This document shows positions 47,679 to 55,076 of a stretch of 55,076 nucleotides of DNA, piece after piece. Numbering within the stretch: the first letter of the stretch is position 1; each line of letters opens with the position of its first letter. The notes under the pieces were generated by a model. It made no database searches, was not told where the DNA came from, and saw nothing but the letters and a program-made list of their open reading frames with translations. The DNA is from Polaribacter sp. (GTDB taxonomy: Bacteria; Bacteroidota; Bacteroidia; Flavobacteriales; Flavobacteriaceae): NCBI GenBank assembly GCA_020631275.1, contig JAHDHO010000001.1, forward strand, positions 10,160 to 65,235, in the 5' to 3' direction. Position numbers and translations under genes: made by a program.

Positions 47679-50600
47679 ATGAAAAAAATTACATTCTTAC
47701 TTTTTGTAATTCTCAGTTACACAAGTTTTTCACAAGGAACACGATTATTAAGGCAACCTACTTTAAGCAATAGTCAAGTTGTTTTTGTGCATGCTTCAGA
47801 TTTATGGAAAGTCTCTTTAAATGGCGGTAATGCGGTTAGGCTTACTAGTGATGAAGGTTCTGAATCTACACCTAAATTCTCTAAAGACGGTAAATGGATA
47901 GCTTTTACAGCGCAATATGACGGCAATACAGATGTTTATGTAGTTTCTGTAAACGGTGGCGAGCCTAAAAGATTAACGTATCATTCTGCTTCTGACAATG
48001 TACAAGGATGGACGCCTAATGGAAAAATATTGTTTAGATCTAACAGAGAAAGTAAACCTACGCAAACTAGTAAATTTTATACAATTTCTACGGATGGTGG
48101 TTTGCCAGAAGCCTTTGATATTCCGAGAGCTGCTTATGGTGAAATATCAGAAAACAATAAGTACATCGCCTACACACCAATTACGAGTTGGGATGCTGAA
48201 TGGAGAAATTATAGAGGAGGACAAGCAATGCCAATTTGGATTGTAGATTTAAAAACCAAAGATTTAATTAAAACACCACAATTAGACAACGAAAGGCATG
48301 TTAACCCTGTTTGGTATAAGGATGATGTTTATTACATTTCAGAAAGAGATTATACTGCAAATATTTGGTCTTACAACATTAAAACTAAGCAAGAAACACA
48401 AGTTACATTTCATAAAAAATTCGATGTAAAAAATATTGATGCCAATAATAATGGAATTGTTTACGAACAAGGTGGTTTTTTACATTTTTTAAATCCAGAA
48501 ACTAAAGAAACCAATCAAATTGTAATAAACGTTAAAGGTGATTTAAATTACTCTAGAACAAGATGGATGGATGTTTCTGGCAGAAACTTAACCAACCCTA
48601 ATGTTTCGCCAAAAGGAAAAAGAGCCATTTTCGAATACAGAGGAGAAATTTTTACAGTACCAAAAGAAAATGGTACTTGGCGAAATTTAACCAATTCATC
48701 TGGTGTTGCAGATCGTTCTCCTATCTGGTCGCCTAAAGGAGATAAAATTGCTTGGTTTTCTGATAAAAATGGCGAATATGAACTAGTTTTAGCCGACCAA
48801 AACGGAAATAATCAAGAGTTTATAAAATTACCAAATCCTACTTTTTATTTTCAACCAGATTGGTCTCCAAATGGTAAATTTATTGCCTATACAGATACCA
48901 ATTTTGTAATTTGGATTATCAAATTAGAAACAAAAAAGATTGTAAAAGCAGATGCAGATGGTTTTGCACATCCTAATAGAACTATGAATCCTAAGTTTTC
49001 TCCTGATAGTGATTGGATTGTGTATGCAAAACAAAACGACAACAGTTTTAAATCTATTTACACATATCAATTAAGTACTCAAAAAATTGTTCAAATTACA
49101 GACAAAATTGCAGATGCAATTTCACCAGTTTGGGATGCTTCAGGTAAATATATTTACACTTTAGCAAGCACAAATTATGGTTTACAAACGGGTTGGTTAG
49201 ATATGTCATCTTACGACCCTAATGTTACAAGATCTCTATACACAATTGTTTTAAATTCTACCGATAAAGCGCCTAATCTTCCAAAAACAGACGAAGAAGA
49301 AGAATCTAAATTAAAATCAGATGAATCTAAAAAGAAGGAAAATAAAAAAGAAACTACTCCAAAAACTATTATTAATGAAAATGGAATTTTTGACAGAGCT
49401 GTCGCTTTAAATTTACCAGAAAGAAATTATGTTGGCTTATTAAAAGGTCCAAAAAACAAAGTTTTTGTTGCAGAATCTATCCCTAACTCTAGAGGTTTAA
49501 CTTTACATAGTTTTGATGTAACTAAAGAAAAAGCAACAACTTTTGCTACCGGTGTTTCTTCTATGACTGCATCTAGTAACGCAAATTCTATTTTATTATC
49601 TAAAGGAGGTAGCTGGAGCATCAACAAAGCTAGTACGGCAAAAGCTGGTAAAGAAAACTTAAATACCAATTTAAAAATAAAGGTAGATCCTAAAGCAGAA
49701 GCACATCAAATTTTTAAAGAAGGATGGCGTTATATGAGAGATTTTCTATACGTAGATAATGTTCATGGAGCTCCTTGGAATGATATATACGAATGGTATT
49801 CTCCGTGGATAAATGATGTAAAACATAGATCTGATTTAAACTATGTTGTAGACATTATGAGTGGTGAAGTTGCTATTGGCCATTCTTATGTTTCTGGTGG
49901 AGATTTCCCAAATATTGACAGAGTTGGGGTTGGTTTACTGGGTGCAGATTTAGAAAAGAATCGAGGTTTTTATCGATTTAAGAAAATTTATAAAGGTGAA
50001 CGCTGGAATCCGAACATTTTTGCGCCTTTAGGTTTGCCTGGTATCAATGTAAATAAAGGTGATTATTTAGTAGCGATAAATGGTACAGATTTAACTTCGG
50101 ATATGAATCCTTATAAATTATTAGAACAAACCGCTGGTAGAGAAATTTACATTAAGGTAAATAATAAACCATCTCGAAAGGGTGCTAGATCAATTTTAAT
50201 TACACCAACAGCTAGTGAAAGAGGTTTAAGAAATATCGATTGGGTAGAAAGTAATCGTAGAAAAGTTGATAAATTATCTAACGGAAAACTTGCTTACGTT
50301 TATGTACCAAATACAAGTAATCCTGGTTTTACATCTTTTAATAGATATTATTTTTCTCAACAAGACAAAAAAGGAGTTGTAATTGACGAAAGAAATAATG
50401 GCGGTGGATCTGCTGCAGATTATATGATAGATATTATGTCTAGAGAAGTTGTTGGTTATTTTAACAGTAAAACTGAGAGCAGAAAACCTTGGACAACTCC
50501 GATGGCAGGAATTTGGGGACCAAAAGTGATGATTATTAATGAAAGAGCGGGTTCTGGTGGAGATTTACTACCTTATATGTTTAAAGAAAAAAATTTAGGA

Positions 50601-50921
50601 CCATTAGTTGGCACAAGAACTTGGGGTGGTTTAGTTGGTACTTGGGATACTCCGCAATTTATTGATGGCGGAAGAATGGTTGCACCAAGAGGTGGATTTT
50701 ACGATATTGATGGTAATTGGGCCGTAGAAGCAGAAGGTGTTTCACCAGATATTGAAGTGCATCAAACACCAAAAGAGGTATTATCTGGTAAAGATCCTCA
50801 ATTAGAAAGAGCAGTTTCTGAAGCTTTACGTTTATTAAAAGACAACGAGTTTATTTTAAAACCAGAGCCAAAAGCACCTATTCGATCTAAAAGACCAAAA
50901 GGATATCAAAAAGACAATTAA
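47679..50921 (+). CDS. tricorn-like protease (S41, beta-propellers + PDZ)
   Basis: Preferred ATG 47679; signal SFS-Q; PD40 repeats, WRNYRGG, IDERNNGGG, AGSGGD, GTRTWGG, DPQLERAV. Confidence 0.95.
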   Translation: MKKITFLLFVILSYTSFSQGTRLLRQPTLSNSQVVFVHASDLWKVSLNGGNAVRLTSDEGSESTPKFSKDGKWIAFTAQYDGNTDVYVVSVNGGEPKRLTYHSASDNVQGWTPNGKILFRSNRESKPTQTSKFYTISTDGGLPEAFDIPRAAYGEISENNKYIAYTPITSWDAEWRNYRGGQAMPIWIVDLKTKDLIKTPQLDNERHVNPVWYKDDVYYISERDYTANIWSYNIKTKQETQVTFHKKFDVKNIDANNNGIVYEQGGFLHFLNPETKETNQIVINVKGDLNYSRTRWMDVSGRNLTNPNVSPKGKRAIFEYRGEIFTVPKENGTWRNLTNSSGVADRSPIWSPKGDKIAWFSDKNGEYELVLADQNGNNQEFIKLPNPTFYFQPDWSPNGKFIAYTDTNFVIWIIKLETKKIVKADADGFAHPNRTMNPKFSPDSDWIVYAKQNDNSFKSIYTYQLSTQKIVQITDKIADAISPVWDASGKYIYTLASTNYGLQTGWLDMSSYDPNVTRSLYTIVLNSTDKAPNLPKTDEEEESKLKSDESKKKENKKETTPKTIINENGIFDRAVALNLPERNYVGLLKGPKNKVFVAESIPNSRGLTLHSFDVTKEKATTFATGVSSMTASSNANSILLSKGGSWSINKASTAKAGKENLNTNLKIKVDPKAEAHQIFKEGWRYMRDFLYVDNVHGAPWNDIYEWYSPWINDVKHRSDLNYVVDIMSGEVAIGHSYVSGGDFPNIDRVGVGLLGADLEKNRGFYRFKKIYKGERWNPNIFAPLGLPGINVNKGDYLVAINGTDLTSDMNPYKLLEQTAGREIYIKVNNKPSRKGARSILITPTASERGLRNIDWVESNRRKVDKLSNGKLAYVYVPNTSNPGFTSFNRYYFSQQDKKGVVIDERNNGGGSAADYMIDIMSREVVGYFNSKTESRKPWTTPMAGIWGPKVMIINERAGSGGDLLPYMFKEKNLGPLVGTRTWGGLVGTWDTPQFIDGGRMVAPRGGFYDIDGNWAVEAEGVSPDIEVHQTPKEVLSGKDPQLERAVSEALRLLKDNEFILKPEPKAPIRSKRPKGYQKDN

Positions 50922-50930
50922 AATGATTAA

Positions 50931-50963
50931 AATAATTCCCACTTTTGTGGGAATTATTATTTT
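50931..50963 (+). terminator. intrinsic terminator after the tricorn gene
   Basis: AATAATTCCCAC-tttt-GTGGGAATTATT followed by ATTTT. Confidence 0.75.
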
Positions 50964-50980
50964 ATAAAAATTTTTATGTA

Positions 50981-51844
50981 TTGAATTTATTAGAAACCCA
51001 TTTTGTAAAAAAATTAGAGAAACCGGTTCGTTTTCAAGAATACAGCGTCGGAATATTTAATGCTATACCAACAAAATCAGGAATTAAAAAAGCTATTAAA
51101 AAAGGACATATTTTTATTGATGATAAAATAGCTTCAACTGGAAAATATATTTCTGGAGGTGAAAAAATAGATCTTTTTGAATCTGAAAACACCACTACTT
51201 TTGAGAGATTGAAATTAAATTTAGAAGTTTTATTTGAAGATGATTATTTAGCAATTATTTACAAACCTGCTGGTATTTTAGTTAGCGGTAATAAATTTGT
51301 AACTGTTACAAATGCGTTATCGCAAAACCTTATTAAGAGTTCGCTTGCAGATGCAGTAAAACCGCAACCAATTCACAGATTAGATTACCCAACAAGTGGT
51401 TTACTTTTGGTTGGTAAAACTAGTTTATCTATCATTGAACTTGGTAAATTGTTTAAAGAAAAGAACATCAAAAAAACATACTTTGCAATAACAATTGGTA
51501 AAATGAACGCTAAAGGCTACACAGACAAACCAATAGATAATAAAGAAGCTTTTACAAATTATGAAGTTTTAGAATCTGTAACTTCTAAACGTTTTGAGTT
51601 TTTAAATTTAGTAAAGCTAAAGCCAGAAACAGGAAGAAAACATCAATTAAGAAAACATTTATTCTCTCTAAAAAATCCTATTTTAGGCGATAAAGAGTAT
51701 TTTCTACAAGATAAAATATTAAACGGAAAAGGTTTGTTTTTACACGCAGCAAGTTTAGATTTTATTCATCCGTTTACACAAGAAAAAATTACTATTTCGA
51801 AAGAATTACCAAAAAAGTTTAGAAAAATTTTCCCGAATTTTTAA
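50981..51844 (+). CDS. RluA/RluD family pseudouridine synthase
   Basis: S4-like N-terminus, KPAG, IHRLDYPTSGL, TGRKHQLR.H, PILGD, LHA. Start TTG 50981 preferred because 50945 lies inside the terminator. Confidence 0.92.
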   Translation: MNLLETHFVKKLEKPVRFQEYSVGIFNAIPTKSGIKKAIKKGHIFIDDKIASTGKYISGGEKIDLFESENTTTFERLKLNLEVLFEDDYLAIIYKPAGILVSGNKFVTVTNALSQNLIKSSLADAVKPQPIHRLDYPTSGLLLVGKTSLSIIELGKLFKEKNIKKTYFAITIGKMNAKGYTDKPIDNKEAFTNYEVLESVTSKRFEFLNLVKLKPETGRKHQLRKHLFSLKNPILGDKEYFLQDKILNGKGLFLHAASLDFIHPFTQEKITISKELPKKFRKIFPNF

Positions 51845-53312
51845 CTTCTTTCATTGTTTTAGTAAGTCTATTTATCAATTCGTAAATTTCTTCTTCGTTA
51901 TAAGTAGCAAAACCCATTCTCATGGAATTGTGCCCAGAATTTGAAGCGTCATAACGTTGCCACTCTCCTATTTCTAATTTGTATTTTTGGGCAATTTCAG
52001 AAACTGATTTCCAGGAATATTTTTTGTTTAAAGTCAACCAAACTGCCATTCCTCCTTTTGGAATTTCAAAAGTGAAAACATCTTTGAATTTATCTTCCAA
52101 AAGCCTGCAAAACAAATCTCTTCTCGTTTTATAAACCTTCATTACTTTTTTAATATGTCTGTCTAAATCGCCATTTTTTATAAACTCTTCAAACGTTAAT
52201 TCTAACAATGCATCTCCTTGTCTGTCAATAAACCTTCGTTGATTTGAAGCTTCATTTACAAACTCTTTTGACGCAATTAAATAACCAACTCTAAAAACTG
52301 GTGCTACTGTTTTACAAACAGAACCAATATAAATTACGTTTCCATTTGCATCGTGACTTGCCAAAGGTAAAATCGGTGAATGATTGTAATTAAAATCGTA
52401 ATCGTAATCATCTTCAATAATTGCAAAACTGTATTTTTTTGCTAAATTCAATAAATGAATTCTTCTTTCTGCCGACAAAGTTACAGTTGTTGGGTGATGA
52501 TGATGAGAAGTAACATAAACTGCTTTTATAGATTTCTTTTTACAAATTTCTTCAATTTCTTGAATATTTAAACCATTTTCATCCACAGAAACTCTTGCTA
52601 AATTTGCTTCACTTTGTAAAAATGTGGAGTCAGCTGATGAATAATTTGTTTCACCAATTACAATGAAGTCATCCTTTTTTAACAATAATTTAGAAGACAA
52701 ATATATTCCCATTTGACTTCCTCTGGTTATTAAAATATTTTCATAAGAAACAGATAAACCTCGTGTTTTATTCAAGTAGTTAGCCAATGTTTTACGCAAC
52801 TTTTCATTTCCGAATAAAGAACTATAAGACATTTCTTTATAAATATGTTTTCTACTACAAATTCTTCTGTAAATTCTTGCTATGTCTTCTGTTGGTGTTA
52901 ATCTTGCATCAGAAATTCCATCATTCAAATACATAAAACCATCTTTCTTTTCAGGAAATTTCCTTACTAATTCTTCATTTTTATAAAAACTAAAACCAGT
53001 TGTATTTGTTTCTTTTCCCTGATTATCAAATTTAAAATCTTGTACATGTAATTCCGGTAAATTGGCATTTACAAAAGTTCCTTTTTTGGCTATACTTTCT
53101 ACCCAACCTTGCAACATTAACTCTTCGTAACATGCTACTACTGTTTTTCGATGAACCTCTAATAAAGTAGATAGTGTTCTACTACCAGGCAACTTAGTAT
53201 TGGGTAAAAGTTTTTTATTTTTAATTAATTGTATAAATTGATTTGACAATTGTACATATAGGGCTTGCCTATTATTTCTATCTAAATTTATACTTGTTTT
53301 ATATGGAAACAC
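51819..53312 (-). CDS. MocR/GabR family regulator (GntR HTH + PLP aminotransferase domain)
   Basis: KLPGSRTLS...HRKTVVACYEEL..QG; TRGSQMG; IIEDDYD; GSVCKTVAP.FRVGY. Confidence 0.95.
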   Translation of the reverse strand: MFPYKTSINLDRNNRQALYVQLSNQFIQLIKNKKLLPNTKLPGSRTLSTLLEVHRKTVVACYEELMLQGWVESIAKKGTFVNANLPELHVQDFKFDNQGKETNTTGFSFYKNEELVRKFPEKKDGFMYLNDGISDARLTPTEDIARIYRRICSRKHIYKEMSYSSLFGNEKLRKTLANYLNKTRGLSVSYENILITRGSQMGIYLSSKLLLKKDDFIVIGETNYSSADSTFLQSEANLARVSVDENGLNIQEIEEICKKKSIKAVYVTSHHHHPTTVTLSAERRIHLLNLAKKYSFAIIEDDYDYDFNYNHSPILPLASHDANGNVIYIGSVCKTVAPVFRVGYLIASKEFVNEASNQRRFIDRQGDALLELTFEEFIKNGDLDRHIKKVMKVYKTRRDLFCRLLEDKFKDVFTFEIPKGGMAVWLTLNKKYSWKSVSEIAQKYKLEIGEWQRYDASNSGHNSMRMGFATYNEEEIYELINRLTKTMKEVKNSGKFF

Positions 53313-53315
53313 AAA

Positions 53316-53376
53316 CTGGACTATTATTTATTTTAATTCTGGATCACTTTAAGAGTCCATAAATATACTATTTTTG
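53316..53376. promoter_or_regulatory. putative MocR operator (two direct repeats + one inverted) and -7 element
   Basis: CTGGAC (53316), CTGGAT (53339), GTCCAT (53355); TATTTTTG (53369-53376). Confidence 0.6.
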
Positions 53377-53394
53377 AGTAATAGATAGATAAAT

Positions 53395-53685
53395 ATGTTA
53401 GAAATTAAACCAAATTGCGAGCATTGTAACAAAGCTTTACCTAATACTTCTACAGAAGCAATGATTTGCTCTTTCGAGTGTACTTATTGTAAAACATGTG
53501 CTTTAGAAATTTTTGAAAACGTGTGCCCAAGTTGTTCGGGTAATTTTGTGGAACGACCAATTCGTCCTACAAAAATGATTGGAAAATATGCCGCTTCATC
53601 AAAAATTGTACATCAACCAAAAGATTTAGCAAAAGCAAAATTAAATACAAATCAGTATAAAAATATTCATCCGTCAAAAAGATAA
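53395..53685 (+). CDS. DUF1272 Cys-rich protein
   Basis: MLEIKPNCEHC, AMICSFECTYCKTC, CPSCSG.F..RPIRP. Confidence 0.92.
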   Translation: MLEIKPNCEHCNKALPNTSTEAMICSFECTYCKTCALEIFENVCPSCSGNFVERPIRPTKMIGKYAASSKIVHQPKDLAKAKLNTNQYKNIHPSKR

Positions 53686-53688
53686 AAC

Positions 53689-54348
53689 ATGGAATATCAG
53701 CAATCGAAATTAAATAGAGTAAAACGAGGCGCAAATAGAGCAAGTTATGATGTAGAAAAAATCAATGCTATTTTAGATGCAGGTTTTTTATGTTATGTTG
53801 GCTACATTTATGATGGCAAACCAATTACCATTCCGATGGCTTATGCACGAAGAGAAAACAAGATTTACATACATGGTTCTATAGGAAACAGAATGTTGCA
53901 AGCAATTTTAAAAAGTGGCGAAACTTCTATTACTGTAATGCATTTAGACGGTTTAGTTTTGGCAAGATCTGGCTTTCATCACTCGGTAAACTACAGATCT
54001 GCAACTTTGTTTGGAAATTTAACTAAGGTTGAAAATGATATTGAAAAAACAGAAATTCTAAAGTTAATTGTAAACCAAATGGTACCAAAACAATGGAATT
54101 CTTTAAGACCAATAAATGAAAAAGAATTAGATAGAACTCTAGTTGTAGCTTTTAAAATAGAGACGGCTTCTGCCAAAATAAGAGATGTTGGTGTTAATGA
54201 TGAACCCGAAGACTACAACACCGATGTTTGGGCTGGAGTAATCCCAATAAAACAAATTGCAAAATTCCCAATTGCTGATGAAGGTAAACCAAAGAAAATG
54301 GAAATACCTAAACACATTTTAGAATATTATGAAGAAAACAAATCATAA
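53689..54348 (+). CDS. pyridoxamine 5'-phosphate oxidase-like flavin-binding protein (NimA-like)
   Basis: RASYD...ILD, IYIHGS, DGLVLARSGFHHSVNYRS, ASAKIR, WAGVIP. Confidence 0.9.
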   Translation: MEYQQSKLNRVKRGANRASYDVEKINAILDAGFLCYVGYIYDGKPITIPMAYARRENKIYIHGSIGNRMLQAILKSGETSITVMHLDGLVLARSGFHHSVNYRSATLFGNLTKVENDIEKTEILKLIVNQMVPKQWNSLRPINEKELDRTLVVAFKIETASAKIRDVGVNDEPEDYNTDVWAGVIPIKQIAKFPIADEGKPKKMEIPKHILEYYEENKS

Positions 54349-54393
54349 CTTATATAAAATTGATAAATTTACAGCCTAATTTATCTAATATTC

Positions 54394-55076
54394 ATGAAGA
54401 AGTTTTTCAAAATTATAGGTTTTCTATTTTTAATTTTAATCTTATTTTTAGGTATTTATTACTTTGCTAATAACGAAAAATTACCAAACGGAGTAAAAGG
54501 CGAACAAGCAGATACCTTAGCTTCTAAAATGTTAAATGCACTAAATAAAGATGCTTTTGACGCTACAGAAATTATAGAATGGAATTTTAGAAACGAACAT
54601 TTTTATGTTTGGCACAAACAAGAAAATTTAGTTGAAGTAACTTGGGATAATAATAAAGTACTTTTAAAAACTAACAATCCATCAGATTCTGAAGTTTATA
54701 TAAATAATAAACTTACTAAAAATGAAGATTTAATTAAGCAAGCAAAAAGTTACTTTAATAACGATTCTTTTTGGCTAATTGCACCTTACAAAGTTTTTGA
54801 CAGCGGTACAGAAAGACGCCTTGTAAATTACGACGATAATGAAGCTCTTTTAATTACATACAAAACGGGTGGCTCTACTCCTGGAGACTCTTATCTATGG
54901 ATTTTAGATGAAAACAATATCCCGATTTCTTATAAAATGTGGACCTCTATAATACCTCTTGGAGGTGTTTCTGCAACTTGGTCTGATTGGAAAGACACTC
55001 AATCTGGTATAAAATTACCAACCAAACATAAACTATCGCTTTTTGGTTTAGAAATACCAATTAATGATGTAAAAGC
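54394..55076 (+). CDS. hypothetical membrane-anchored protein; runs off the window
   Basis: Not in ORF track. ATG 54394 gives MKKFFKIIGFLFLILILFLGIYYF...FNNDSFWLIAPYKVFD...GGSTPGDSYLW...KMWTSIIPLGG, open to the window end. Confidence 0.8.
   Translation, partial: MKKFFKIIGFLFLILILFLGIYYFANNEKLPNGVKGEQADTLASKMLNALNKDAFDATEIIEWNFRNEHFYVWHKQENLVEVTWDNNKVLLKTNNPSDSEVYINNKLTKNEDLIKQAKSYFNNDSFWLIAPYKVFDSGTERRLVNYDDNEALLITYKTGGSTPGDSYLWILDENNIPISYKMWTSIIPLGGVSATWSDWKDTQSGIKLPTKHKLSLFGLEIPINDVK

Noticed and set aside
1712-54176. The many short ORF-track entries overlapping larger genes (e.g. 5248-5613, 6738-7106, 9569-9940, 14303-14689, 25549-26025, 29631-30047, 34927-35307, 47998-48246)
   Set aside because: Antisense or alternate-frame shadows of well-supported genes, with no family motifs or independent expression signals.
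1-55076. tRNA, rRNA, CRISPR, IS, integrase, prophage or defence genes
   Set aside because: No such motifs seen; intergenic spaces are short and mostly explained by promoters and terminators.

Overview
AT-rich chromosomal window from a marine Flavobacteriaceae, probably Polaribacter/Tenacibaculum-like. The basis is gldF/gldG, repeated TAnnTTTG (-7) promoters, Gln after many signal peptides, GLPGLI and DUF2911 proteins, and a Flavo-1-like RNA. Most of it is core or semi-core: acs, fabV, purC, phoH, gldFG, an ECF sigma module, GlmU-like, lon, PIG-L/SSS operon, dnaN, acpH, ggt, tricorn protease, RluA and a MocR divergon. I found no rRNA, tRNA, CRISPR, transposase or phage gene. The best candidate for an undescribed system is an AT-richer cassette at ~7530-11981. 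It contains (i) a promoter with a palindrome and a T11 tract, (ii) an unannotated small, very acidic, Cys-containing peptide gene with a signal-peptide-like N-terminus but no canonical start codon for that signal, (iii) an internal terminator-like hairpin, (iv) two tandem GLPGLI paralogues and (v) an 874-aa plug/beta-barrel outer-membrane protein. This suggests a peptide-chaperone-barrel export, sensing or immunity module. Other items missed by the ORF track are a 35-aa membrane peptide before the SSS transporter, a Flavo-1-like RNA, sigma54-like promoters at lon and an ABC exporter, a MocR-type operator, and an orphan NIP-like aquaporin with a Cys-rich tail. All family calls are by eye from motifs; no searches were run.
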